The translations under genes and the position numbers were made by a program. Below are positions 18,224-29,246 of a stretch of 64,000 nt of DNA, one piece after another. Within the stretch, counting starts at the first letter, position 1; every line of letters begins with the position of its first letter. The notes beneath the pieces were generated by a model. It searched no databases. It saw only the letters and a list, made by a program, of their open reading frames with translations, and was not told the origin of the DNA. The DNA is from a virus. The stretch lies in IMG/VR virus record IMGVR_UViG_3300012984_000014, positions 32,001 to 96,000 of that record. The stretch is one strand, 5' to 3'.

Positions 18224-19582
18224 ATGAACAACGCAGACAGCAGCTACGATTACGAGCAATACAACAAGCGCCTGATGGGCAACATCGTCCGGATGCCTCT
18301 GGTGGTCGGCAGTGCCAAGGGTTGCCATTTGGAGGTTCGTCTAGGAGGCGGTCCGGAAGTCGAACCCATCTTGGACTTCTGGGGCGATGAGGGCGTGGCC
18401 TCGCTCGGCTACAACTCGGACGAGTTCCGGATGGCCATGGCCGAATTCCTGAACGCTGAGATGCCGCAACGCCTCCCCGACGTCTACCCGCACGAACTGC
18501 GTTGGCAGGCGGCAGAGATCATCTGCTCGCGTACGGGCATGGATCGCCTGTTCTACTCCAACAGCGGCACGGAGGCGAACGAGGCCGCCATCAAGCTCGC
18601 GCGCAAATACTGGTGGGACAAGGAAGCTGCCGAGGGAACCCCGGGCTTTGGCGACGCCTTCCCTCAGTTCAAGAACTGCGCGCGCCGACACAAGATATAC
18701 ACCATTGAAGGCAACTTCCACGGCCGCACGGGCTACTCGCTCGCCGCGAGCGACTACCGCGTCAGCCCGTACCACCGCACCGGCTACGGCGTCAGCGCAC
18801 CGGGTTTCGGCGTGATCACGGAAGACCTCCGTGAAGTCGCCTTCGACGGCCAGGAAATGACGGGCATCGAGGAGCCCGACTGGACCAAGGTCGCTGCCGT
18901 GATGCTCGCACCCGTCCTCGGGAACAATCTGGTCAAGACCTATCCGCAGAGCTTCTGGGAACGGCTCGACCGTCTCCGGAAGCAGCACGGCGTCCTGCTC
19001 GTGTACGACGATGTACAGGCGGGCAACGGGCGAGCCGGCCACTACGCTACGTGGCAGAAGTGCGGCGTCAAGCCGGACATCATGTCACTCTCCAAGGGCA
19101 TTGCGATGGGGCTCCCGATGAGCGTCACGCTGGCCTCGGAGGAGGTCGCCAAAAGCTTCGCAACGCCAGGCGTCCACTTCAACACGTTCGGCGGGACGCT
19201 CTTGTGCTGCCACTTGGCGATCAAGCTCTACAAGTGGTTGGACGAGCACCTGCACGAAGTCCGCGAGCGCGGCGACTTCATCCGGGAGCAGTTCGGCGCG
19301 CGCTCCTGGATAAAGCACTTCGACGGCTCCGGGATGCTGAACGCCTTCCAGCCGGACTTCAAGGAGTTTGGCTATGACGGCTATCAATTCATCGCGCGCT
19401 CGCGGGAGAACGGGCTGGCTCTCGTGACTCACCGCCAGCATGGGATGATCCGCTTCACGCCTCCGCTGAACGTCACGCAGAGCGACCTACAGGAGGCGTT
19501 CAACATCCTCGACAGGACCCACAAACAGCTCGCGGCGGAAGCCGTCGCGGACGCCGAAAAACTCGGAATGGGGGCGGTTTGA
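18224..19582 (+). CDS. Class III PLP-dependent aminotransferase
   Basis: NSGTEANEAAIKLAR, FHGRT, YDDVQAGNGRAG, PDIMSLSKG (PLP lysine), TFGG. Confidence 0.9.
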   Translation: MNNADSSYDYEQYNKRLMGNIVRMPLVVGSAKGCHLEVRLGGGPEVEPILDFWGDEGVASLGYNSDEFRMAMAEFLNAEMPQRLPDVYPHELRWQAAEIICSRTGMDRLFYSNSGTEANEAAIKLARKYWWDKEAAEGTPGFGDAFPQFKNCARRHKIYTIEGNFHGRTGYSLAASDYRVSPYHRTGYGVSAPGFGVITEDLREVAFDGQEMTGIEEPDWTKVAAVMLAPVLGNNLVKTYPQSFWERLDRLRKQHGVLLVYDDVQAGNGRAGHYATWQKCGVKPDIMSLSKGIAMGLPMSVTLASEEVAKSFATPGVHFNTFGGTLLCCHLAIKLYKWLDEHLHEVRERGDFIREQFGARSWIKHFDGSGMLNAFQPDFKEFGYDGYQFIARSRENGLALVTHRQHGMIRFTPPLNVTQSDLQEAFNILDRTHKQLAAEAVADAEKLGMGAV

Positions 19583-20577
19583 ACACGCCCAAGGTCACGC
19601 TCCTTTCGCACACGGGGCTCCCGCTGGAAACGGTGATGAGCCTCTGGAACGCCTCGAAGGATGAGCTGCCGCTGCTCACCCCAGAGGAGATCAAGGCGAC
19701 GGTCGACCCGGATGACGTCCGCAAGCTGTTCCGCGAGGTCATCGCGCAACACATCCCCGTCGGCGAGTCGGTGGACTTCGTGTTCATGATCGAGGGCGTC
19801 AGCGTCTCGTGGCGCGAGCAGGCCGTGCGTCATCGCATCGGCGTCAAGCCCTCGCCCGAGCGCCTGGGGATCGACATCGGCATGATCGACGTGAAGGACT
19901 TACCGAACCTAGCCGACAGCGTTTATTGGTCTCAGTCGATGCGAATCCAGAACATGGGCAAGTTCGCCGATTTGGACAACTATCGGACGCCGGAGACGAT
20001 CGTGCAGCACGCCGATTCCGAAAAGTTGAAGGCCATATATGACGAGACGATGTGGCTTATCCAGGAAGGCTACAACAAGTTGGTCGCGGCCGGGATCCCG
20101 ATGGAGGACGCACGCGAGCTGATCCCGCTCGGGGCCACGCACCGCATCTCGTGGAAGCTGAACATCAGCTCGCTCCAACACATCGTGTCGAAGCGCGGCT
20201 GCTGGATCCTACAGCTCGGAATCTGGGGCCCGGTCATCGAGGGGATGATCCGAGAATTGACCGAAAAGGTGGATCCAATCTTCGGTGAGTTGGTCACACC
20301 TCCGTGCCTGAAGGGCGACGAGTTCAAGGGCTGCGTCTACATGGAGGAGAACCGTCGGCGCTACACCGGCGACGACAAGCTGCCTCCGTGCCCGCTCCAC
20401 GTCGTCCACCACCACATGGACCAGTCGACGCCGGCAGCGGACCGTCAGTTGGTCGCGTCTTGCGGCATCGACCTCGGGGTGCCGATGCAATCCGAGATGC
20501 GCAAGCGCGCTGAAGATTACCGCAGTTTTTGGGGTCGTGACCCGTACTCGGGCAAACGGCTGCGCGTGCTCCGATGA
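19579..20577 (+). CDS. thyX: Divergent flavin-dependent thymidylate synthase-like protein
   Basis: QAVRHRI...SQSMR with insertion; EDARELIP; N..L.H....KR. Confidence 0.75.
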   Translation: MNTPKVTLLSHTGLPLETVMSLWNASKDELPLLTPEEIKATVDPDDVRKLFREVIAQHIPVGESVDFVFMIEGVSVSWREQAVRHRIGVKPSPERLGIDIGMIDVKDLPNLADSVYWSQSMRIQNMGKFADLDNYRTPETIVQHADSEKLKAIYDETMWLIQEGYNKLVAAGIPMEDARELIPLGATHRISWKLNISSLQHIVSKRGCWILQLGIWGPVIEGMIRELTEKVDPIFGELVTPPCLKGDEFKGCVYMEENRRRYTGDDKLPPCPLHVVHHHMDQSTPAADRQLVASCGIDLGVPMQSEMRKRAEDYRSFWGRDPYSGKRLRVLR

Positions 20578-20795
20578 CGCCAGTGCTGCTTTGCGAGTAC
20601 ATCGTGGCCGGCGCGCTCGGGCTCGCCGGAGCCGTCTTCATTCTGGCTTGCCTCGCGGCGCTCATCAAGTGGCTCTTCATCAAGCCGGATCCTGACGACG
20701 ATGGCGACGAGGACGACGACGGCGAGGAGCGGCCCGCCGACTTCAAGGCGACGTCGAAGGCAGCGGCCATGGCAGCATCGAAGGACACCAATTGA
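20574..20795 (+). CDS. Small single-TM membrane protein with acidic tail
   Basis: Hydrophobic N-terminal helix; coupled both sides. Confidence 0.55.
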   Translation: MTPVLLCEYIVAGALGLAGAVFILACLAALIKWLFIKPDPDDDGDEDDDGEERPADFKATSKAAAMAASKDTN

Positions 20796-21373
20796 TCATC
20801 GTCCTCGAAGGCGTCAACGGAACGGGCAAGAGCACGTACGCGGAGAAGCTCTCCAAGGGCCTCAACGCGCCCGTGCTCCGCCCGTTCCGGCAGGGTCCCG
20901 ATCACCACTTCACCGGCACCACGAGCATCGAGCGCGAGCTGAAGGCGCTCGCCGTCCCGTACAACACGCACGTGGACGACATCTACACGGCGGACATCCT
21001 CGCGCGGCTGCTCAAGTTCAACAAGCACATCCCGGTCATCCTGGACCGCTCGGTGGGCAGCGCGATAGCGCACGGGGAACGCCCGCTAAGGGACGCCGGG
21101 CGCCTGCTTGGGCTCTGGCAACAGCTGCTAGGTCCGGACACGCACGTGGTGTACGTTTGGCTCACGGCGCCGTGGTCTGTAGCCAACCCTCGGTTGGCTC
21201 TCGATCGGCGCGGGCGCTTCACCGAGGAAGAGCACAAGCGGCTTCACGGGCTGTTTCGCTACGTGTTCGAGATGGTGCGATACACCAAGTTGGAGATCGA
21301 CACCGCGAACGTCGATGCGAACGATGGCGTGAAGCAGATCGTCGAGTTGATGGGAATTGTCCAAACTCGATGA
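20792..21373 (+). CDS. dNMP (thymidylate-type) kinase
   Basis: IVLEGVNGTGKST P-loop; VILDRS. Confidence 0.8.
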   Translation: MIIVLEGVNGTGKSTYAEKLSKGLNAPVLRPFRQGPDHHFTGTTSIERELKALAVPYNTHVDDIYTADILARLLKFNKHIPVILDRSVGSAIAHGERPLRDAGRLLGLWQQLLGPDTHVVYVWLTAPWSVANPRLALDRRGRFTEEEHKRLHGLFRYVFEMVRYTKLEIDTANVDANDGVKQIVELMGIVQTR

Positions 21374-21680
21374 ACTCAGAGCGAAACTCCGAACCGGCGA
21401 ATTGGAAGCCGAGTTGGAGGCAAGGCGCGAGCAGTCCAACAGGATTTACAAGATAAATCCATCGGGATCGGATGCGCTGATCAAGTTCGGGCGCCACCGC
21501 GGTCTTACCCTCCTCCAGATCAAGCAGAAAGAACCGGGCTATCTGGACTTCATTCGCAACTCGGACTTCCCCGAGGAGCTGAAGGACGTCGTGCGGTACA
21601 TACAGACGATCACCGCGGCCAAGGAGATCTCCCTGGCGGCCGACTCGTTGACCGACTGGCTCAAAGGCGACAAGAAATGA
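21357..21680 (+). CDS. Small protein with exonuclease-X C-terminal-like (DUF3820-like) motif
   Basis: IKFGRHRGLTL...EPGYLDFI. Confidence 0.6.
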   Translation: MSKLDELRAKLRTGELEAELEARREQSNRIYKINPSGSDALIKFGRHRGLTLLQIKQKEPGYLDFIRNSDFPEELKDVVRYIQTITAAKEISLAADSLTDWLKGDKK

Positions 21681-24600
21681 CCGATACAACCGACGACTTC
21701 GTGCACCTCCACACGCACAGCGACATGAGCCAGCTGGACGGGTGCGGGAAGATCAGCGAGTACGTCAAGACAGCGAAACTCCGCGGGCATAAGGCGCTCG
21801 CCTTCACGGACCACGGCACGATGCGCGGCGTGATGACGCACTACGAGCAGTGCAAGGAGGTAGGCATCAAGCCCATCTTCGGCACCGAGTTCTACGTGTC
21901 GAAGAACATGTTCAGGAAGGGCCTGACGGCGGAGGAGAAAGCCGAGCTGACCAAAGGCGCGAAGAAGGCGGACCACAAGGAGATCCTCCGCGCGTATGAG
22001 GACCACGAGGGCATCCGCGACCGTTGGCACATCACGTGCTGGGCGCAGACGAACGAGGGCCTGAAGAACCTGTACAAGCTCTCCAGCATGAGCTTCATTG
22101 ATGGGTTCTACTACAAGCCGCGCATCGACCTCGCGACCCTGATCAAGCACGGTGCGGGCATCCACGTCGCCTCTGGTTGCCTGTCGAGTCCGATCAACGA
22201 CTCGTGGAACGAGGGTCGGAAGCGGGACGCGCTGAACTACGCCGATCAGCTTCAGGAGGCGTTCGGCGAGCGTTTCTGGTTGGAGGTTCAGCCACACGCC
22301 ATCGATATTCAGTGCGAAGCAAACCGCCTGATGATGAAGCTCCACGATCGCTACGGCGGCAAGTCGCGCTACCTCGCGACGCAGGACGCCCACTATGTGG
22401 ATCAGGCGGACGCGGAGCACCACGAAGTGCTGCTGTGCATCGGGACGGGCTCGAACCTGAGCGACCCGAAGCGCTTCAAGTTTGACGGCGATGAGTTCCA
22501 CTTCCGGACGCGAAAGGAGATGTGGAACGCCTTCAAGCGCCACCACGACTTCTTGCCCGGTCGCTGCGTTAAAGAGGCATTAAATTCCACCATAGAACTA
22601 GCTGAATCTTGCACAGCGAAGATGGAGGTGGACTATCACAAGGTGTTGCTTCCAGACCCCGGCATCCCGGCAAAATATGCCGGTGACCCCTTTGCCTATC
22701 TGAAGGACGAGTGCGTGATGGGATGGGCTTGGCGGGACATCCCGACGCGCGCCCGGGCGTACGCAAAGCGCGAAGGAATCACGCCTGTGGACGCCATCGA
22801 GCTGTACCGCGCGCGCCTGAAGATGGAGTTGAAGGCGCTGAAGGTGCAGCGGTTCGTCCCATACTTCTTGATCATCCGTGACATCTACCGCTTCGCCCGG
22901 GAAGCCTCCATCATGGTCGGCCCAGGTCGTGGCTCCGTCGGTGGATCACTGATCGCCTACTTGTTGGGAATCGCGGCGACGGACCCGATTGAGCACGGCC
23001 TGATCTTCGAGCGCTTCATCAGCCCAACTCGTATCGACATGCCCGACGTGGACATGGACTTCGAGGACCGGCGACGCGGCGAGATCATCCAGTACATCAG
23101 GACCAAGTATGGCGACGACAAGGTGTGCCAGATAGCCACCATCGGCAAACTCTCCGGCAAGGAGTGCATCCGGTCCGTCTCGCGCGTCCTGGAGATCCCC
23201 CTGAACGAGGTCAATCAGGTCACGAACAGCATCATTGAACGGTCGTCCGGCGACGAACGCGCCAGCCAGACGATCGCCGACAGCTTCCGTGACTTCGAGA
23301 TCTGCCGCGCCTTCAACAAGAAGTATCCCGAGGTGCTCCGTCACGCCCAAAAGCTCGAAGGCATGGCCAAGAACCTCGGAATCCACGCCGCTGGTGTCGT
23401 CGCCAGCCCTATCCCGCTCGTGGAGGCGATACCGCTGGAGGTCCGCAAGCACGCAGGCGGCGACATCGTCGTATCAGCATTCGACATGTATGGCGTGGCG
23501 GCCGCGGGGCTCGTAAAAATGGACGTGCTCGGCCTCCGAACGCTTTCTGTCGTCAAGGAGGCTTTGGAAGCCATCGAGGCTCGGCACGGCATACACATTG
23601 ACCCCGAGCGACTGGATCTGAACGACCCTAAGGTGCTCGCTGGCTTCACGGCGCACGACTACGGCGGCGTGTTTCAGTACGACACCCCGAGCGCGGACAA
23701 GGTTTGCATCGGCGTCAACTTCACGAGCTTTGAAGACGTCGCCGCGATGACGGCGCTCAACCGGCCGGGCACGAGCCGCTCCGGCCTCGCAACCAAGTAC
23801 GTGGAGCGCAAGAAGAACCCAAAATTGGTGGAAAAGATCGACTTCCACCCTGCCGTCTCCGCTATCACAAAGGACACACTGGGAATCATCGTCTACCAGG
23901 AGCACGTTCTGCGCATCTTCACCGACATCGCGGGTTTCGCTCCGGCGACTGCAGACAAGCTGCGCAAGACCATTGCCAAGAAGATCGGCGACGAGACGCT
24001 GGGAAAGGAGCGCGAGAACTTCGTGGAGGGCGCGATGAAGACCACGCCCGGGATGACGGAGGCGGTCGCCAACAAAATCATGGACGCGATCACGTTCTTC
24101 GGGTCGTACGGTTTCAATAAGAGCCACGCAACGGCCTACGGGATGATCGCCTATTGGTGCATGTGGATCAAGGTCTACTACCCTGTGGAGTTTTACTGGG
24201 CGCTTCTCAAGAACGAGCCCGAGCGAATCCGAATCCAACAGATTGCCAAGGACGCGAAGAAACACGGCATTGTGCTGTCTCCACCCCACGTTTCCTCGTC
24301 GTCTACCAACTTCAGCATCGACGGCGCGCTGGCCATTCGTGGCTCGCTCGTGGACATAAAGGGCGTGGGAGAGAAGGCCGCGCAAGCCATCATGGAGGCG
24401 CAGCCTTTCAAAGACATCATGGACTTCATCGCGCGCGTCGACCGTCGGCGCTGCAATCGCGGGGCTGTCGTGGCGCTCGCGAAAGCCGGCGCGCTCGACG
24501 GCCTGATGCCGAACATCAAGTGGTTCATCGAGAATGCAGACACGGTTTGGGACAAGCTCACATCGAAGCGGAAGCGGGACACAGGCGCGGCCGCGCTCGC

Positions 24601-25528
24601 GCTTCTGGAGGAGTCGAAGCTGACGGAGGACTACAACGAGGAGGACAAGCTGCTGGTAAGTTCGAAGGTTTCGCCGCTCGCATTCGGGCGTCACCCAATC
24701 GACGCCTATGCCTCTTTCATGGAGTCAGACATGAAGGTGGAGCTGGCGGAGATGGGCGCCGACGACTACTTCAAGGAGTACAACAACCGCGGCCACTTCA
24801 TCGCGGGCGTGATCGTGGAGGTCAAGTACAACCAGATCGGCGACTTCCACACCGGTCCCATGCCGACCGAGCTGGAGCGCAAGCAGCAGTTCTGGGGCGC
24901 GCGCTACGCGAACGTCAACATTGAGGAGCGCTCCGGTAAGCAGAACCGGGTGAAGTTCGATCACGACATCTTCGACGCGAACCGCCACATCATTGACAAG
25001 GGCGTCGGAACAGCAGTGATGGCCCATGTGACGGCGAGCGAATTCACGCAGACCCTCCGGGCCCAGTTCGCTATCGATGTGGATGACTTCCGGAAGCGTG
25101 CGCGCGCCTTCGAGCCGCTGACCATGTGGGAGACGATCGTCAAGGGTAAGCACCCCGCGAAGTTCTACCCGTGGCGTGACATCAAGCTCCGGAAGGCGCG
25201 CCTGCGCAATACTCTCTTCTGGGATCGGGACGCCGGCCCGTTCTGCGGTGTGGTCACGAATGTTCGCCTGAAGTACGACAAGAAGGGCAATTGCATGGCC
25301 TACTTCGGGTTGATCGGCGGTGACCTCCGATACACAGACGTGATGTGCTTCGCGTCGTTGTGGGACGAGATCAGGCGTGTCGTGAAGGTCGGCCGGCTGA
25401 TCAAGATCGATCTGGTGCGGAAAAAGGACGACTTCCGTGGCGGAAAAAGCGCCATGTTCGAAGGCGGCCGCGTGACGCATTTGAAGCGCGCACCATCATA
25501 TTCAGCCGCGCTCGGCACGTCTGAGTAA
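21677..25528 (+). CDS. dnaE: DNA polymerase III alpha subunit (family C)
   Basis: PHP VHLHTHS..S.LDG, AFTDHG; GPGRGSVGGSL; FERFISP.R.DMPDVDMDF; GIHAAGVV; YGFNKSHA. Confidence 0.96.
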   Translation: MTDTTDDFVHLHTHSDMSQLDGCGKISEYVKTAKLRGHKALAFTDHGTMRGVMTHYEQCKEVGIKPIFGTEFYVSKNMFRKGLTAEEKAELTKGAKKADHKEILRAYEDHEGIRDRWHITCWAQTNEGLKNLYKLSSMSFIDGFYYKPRIDLATLIKHGAGIHVASGCLSSPINDSWNEGRKRDALNYADQLQEAFGERFWLEVQPHAIDIQCEANRLMMKLHDRYGGKSRYLATQDAHYVDQADAEHHEVLLCIGTGSNLSDPKRFKFDGDEFHFRTRKEMWNAFKRHHDFLPGRCVKEALNSTIELAESCTAKMEVDYHKVLLPDPGIPAKYAGDPFAYLKDECVMGWAWRDIPTRARAYAKREGITPVDAIELYRARLKMELKALKVQRFVPYFLIIRDIYRFAREASIMVGPGRGSVGGSLIAYLLGIAATDPIEHGLIFERFISPTRIDMPDVDMDFEDRRRGEIIQYIRTKYGDDKVCQIATIGKLSGKECIRSVSRVLEIPLNEVNQVTNSIIERSSGDERASQTIADSFRDFEICRAFNKKYPEVLRHAQKLEGMAKNLGIHAAGVVASPIPLVEAIPLEVRKHAGGDIVVSAFDMYGVAAAGLVKMDVLGLRTLSVVKEALEAIEARHGIHIDPERLDLNDPKVLAGFTAHDYGGVFQYDTPSADKVCIGVNFTSFEDVAAMTALNRPGTSRSGLATKYVERKKNPKLVEKIDFHPAVSAITKDTLGIIVYQEHVLRIFTDIAGFAPATADKLRKTIAKKIGDETLGKERENFVEGAMKTTPGMTEAVANKIMDAITFFGSYGFNKSHATAYGMIAYWCMWIKVYYPVEFYWALLKNEPERIRIQQIAKDAKKHGIVLSPPHVSSSSTNFSIDGALAIRGSLVDIKGVGEKAAQAIMEAQPFKDIMDFIARVDRRRCNRGAVVALAKAGALDGLMPNIKWFIENADTVWDKLTSKRKRDTGAAALALLEESKLTEDYNEEDKLLVSSKVSPLAFGRHPIDAYASFMESDMKVELAEMGADDYFKEYNNRGHFIAGVIVEVKYNQIGDFHTGPMPTELERKQQFWGARYANVNIEERSGKQNRVKFDHDIFDANRHIIDKGVGTAVMAHVTASEFTQTLRAQFAIDVDDFRKRARAFEPLTMWETIVKGKHPAKFYPWRDIKLRKARLRNTLFWDRDAGPFCGVVTNVRLKYDKKGNCMAYFGLIGGDLRYTDVMCFASLWDEIRRVVKVGRLIKIDLVRKKDDFRGGKSAMFEGGRVTHLKRAPSYSAALGTSE

Positions 25529-25561
25529 AGAGAAGTCACCCCAATCAGGAGTCAATAGAAC

Positions 25562-26002
25562 ATGAGCGGAATCCAAGATGTGGCACGCGAGGCCGGGCTG
25601 AAGTCCGAGATCGTGGCCAACCTATTTGAAGCCATCCTGGCAGCAGTCTCGCGCGGCGAGAAGGTCCGGATCAAGGGCATCGGAACCTTCGAGCGCAAGC
25701 TGTACAAGGGGCGAACGCTCGTGACTCCTGCCGTGAACGACGGCGACCCGATCAAGTACCCCGACAGCTACGTGTTGAAGTTCCACCAGAGCCAACTGGC
25801 CAAGCGTCGCATCAATATCGTGGCCAAGAAGCAGCAAGCGTCGGAGGAGCCGAAGCCTTCCAAGAAGGAGAAGAAGGCAGCTGCGACCGCCGAATCTTCA
25901 AAGCCGGCGAAGAAGAACAAGACCACTCCGCCACCCGCGGCGGAGACCCCGAAGAAGAAAAACAAGCCAAAGCGGGTGCCCGAGCCCGGCGAAGAGGAGT
26001 GA
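25562..26002 (+). CDS. HU/IHF-like DNA-binding protein with K/P/A-rich tail
   Basis: GEKVRIKGIGTFE...GRT..TP...G....P....KF. Confidence 0.8.
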   Translation: MSGIQDVAREAGLKSEIVANLFEAILAAVSRGEKVRIKGIGTFERKLYKGRTLVTPAVNDGDPIKYPDSYVLKFHQSQLAKRRINIVAKKQQASEEPKPSKKEKKAAATAESSKPAKKNKTTPPPAAETPKKKNKPKRVPEPGEEE

Positions 26003-26003
26003 A

Positions 26004-26606
26004 ATGCCTAAAGTGGACTTTTCAAAGAGGACGATCACGGTTCAAGGCACTGAGGTCGTTTTCGACACGCAGACGCACTTCCCGGTTCTGCCCGACCTGA
26101 GCGCGGAGATGGGCGGGATCGCGTCCGCGATGGCTTGGTGGGCGTCGGTATGGGCGGCCGCATCAGCGGAGCAAATCGACGCCGATAGCTTCTATCGCCA
26201 TTGGCGCGCGAAGAAGGCGGAAGAGTTCCGCGGCGCCGATCCGAAGCTCTCCGACGAGAAGCTGAAGGCCAAAATCGAGGCTCATCCGGAATTCCCCAAG
26301 ATGAAGAAGGCCCTGGCGCTCGCTGAAGAGAATGTGGTCTTGGCCAAGGGTTGTTTCGTTTCCCTGGAGAAAAAGGGGAACATGCTTCAATCTCTCGGGG
26401 CCAACATCCGTAGCGAGTTGAGCAAGACTGGTCTTAGCACGCCATCGGAGCCAAAATCAGCGCCGCGCCGCTCGGTTCGTGAAGAAGCCGAGGACGAAAC
26501 CGAACAACCGTGGGCGGAGCCCGACCCTAGCAAGGTCGCTGCCGGCGAAGAAAAGATGAAGAACACGTTCAAGGGTAAGGGCGGAGCTGCCCGTTTCAAG
26601 GAGTGA
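26004..26606 (+). CDS. UvsY-like recombination mediator (putative)
   Basis: Helical pattern KLSDEKLKAKIE...SLEKKGNMLQSLG; position before SSB-like and RecA. Confidence 0.4.
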   Translation: MPKVDFSKRTITVQGTEVVFDTQTHFPVLPDLSAEMGGIASAMAWWASVWAAASAEQIDADSFYRHWRAKKAEEFRGADPKLSDEKLKAKIEAHPEFPKMKKALALAEENVVLAKGCFVSLEKKGNMLQSLGANIRSELSKTGLSTPSEPKSAPRRSVREEAEDETEQPWAEPDPSKVAAGEEKMKNTFKGKGGAARFKE

Positions 26607-26609
26607 ATC

Positions 26610-27941
<1,332 letters not shown>

Positions 27942-27945
27942 GAAG

Positions 27946-29049
27946 ATGGCGGCGGCAAAAAAGCCCGCCCCGAAGACTGCCGGACTCGCCAAGAAAGCGG
28001 CTCCGGCAGTTCCTTCTTCGGATGGGCGCATCGTGAAACCAAACATCCGTGAGCTGCTAGAGGGCATGCGGAAGTCCATCGGCGAGGAGAACGTGCTGCT
28101 GCTCGGCGGTGGCGCGGAGGCGCTCAAGATCAAGGGCGTGATCTCCACTCGTGCGCCCGAGGTGGACGAGGCCATTGGACGTGGCGGGATACCTCTTGGA
28201 AGGATCTCGATCATACACGGCGGCGAGGGCTCCGGGAAGACGACTCTGTGCTTGCAAACCGTTGCCGAGTGCCAATATCAGGGCGGAGCCGGCGCGTATT
28301 ACGACACAGAACACAAGTTGGATCCGGACTACGCCCAAGCGCTCGGAGTGGATAGCGACAACCTGATCATCGTGCGTCCGGAGACGTTGGAAGGGTTCTT
28401 TGACTCTTCGCATTCGTTCATGGATCTGGTGATTGCACAGCGAAAGGAGACGGGCATCTGGGCGCCATGCATCATGGTCCTGGATTCCATCAATTCAACG
28501 ATGGCCAAGTGCGTGGTCGAAGGCGACGCGGGCGATCAGCAATACGCGCCGGAGGCGCGCATCTGGTCCAAGCAACTCTCCGACCTGAACCGGCGGATCT
28601 CGCAAGAGTCCGTCGCGCTCGTCCTAATCAGTCAGGTCCGCAAGAAGATCGGCATTCAGTTCGGCGACCCGGACGAGATTGCCGGCGGACAAGGTCCGAG
28701 GTTCTACGCCTCCCTGATCATGAAGGTGACCAGGACGGGCTCGGAGGTAGTCGACGGCGAGAAGACGGCCAACAAGACGCAGGTGGAGTGCAAGAAGAAC
28801 CAGATCAGCCCTCCGTTCAAGAAGGCCCAAGTGCTGATCAAGTATGGAAAGGGCGTGGACTTCGCGCGCTCTCTTCTGAAAGTCGCCACCACGGCCGGCA
28901 TCGTCGTGAAGACTGGGAACACGTACACGCTCGACGGCGAGAACATTGGCGTTGGCGAGGGTGCAGCGACCAAGTGGTTGCGAAAAAACACAGAGGCGCG
29001 CGCGCGCCTCAACAAGCAATGGCGTGAGTCGAAGGGCTGGCCGGTATGA
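27946..29049 (+). CDS. recA: RecA/UvsX recombinase
   Basis: GRISIIHGGEGSGKTT, YYDTEHKLD, VLDS, ISQVRKKIG..FGDP. Confidence 0.93.
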   Translation: MAAAKKPAPKTAGLAKKAAPAVPSSDGRIVKPNIRELLEGMRKSIGEENVLLLGGGAEALKIKGVISTRAPEVDEAIGRGGIPLGRISIIHGGEGSGKTTLCLQTVAECQYQGGAGAYYDTEHKLDPDYAQALGVDSDNLIIVRPETLEGFFDSSHSFMDLVIAQRKETGIWAPCIMVLDSINSTMAKCVVEGDAGDQQYAPEARIWSKQLSDLNRRISQESVALVLISQVRKKIGIQFGDPDEIAGGQGPRFYASLIMKVTRTGSEVVDGEKTANKTQVECKKNQISPPFKKAQVLIKYGKGVDFARSLLKVATTAGIVVKTGNTYTLDGENIGVGEGAATKWLRKNTEARARLNKQWRESKGWPV

Positions 29050-29246
29050 AGGCCAAGCATTGGTACGCGCCTGCTGGCGATGCTTGGCGTAATGATGCAG
29101 GTGTCCTCGTGAGTGATCACGGAGGCAATCAGTGGCTAAGAGTACACAGTTTCCAGTTGGAAAGGGAGGCCACGCTTGGTGATGTAAGGAAGGCTGCGGC
29201 TGCTCTTGGATTCGAGTTGGTAAAAGTAGGGAAGAAACAGGCATGA
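29046..29246 (+). CDS. Hypothetical protein
   Basis: Coupled by ATGA overlaps. Confidence 0.5.
   Translation: MKAKHWYAPAGDAWRNDAGVLVSDHGGNQWLRVHSFQLEREATLGDVRKAAAALGFELVKVGKKQA

Noticed and set aside
21677-25528. Intein or group I intron in dnaE, recA or dnaB
   Set aside because: Continuous ORFs of normal length; no intein end motifs or LAGLIDADG blocks recognised
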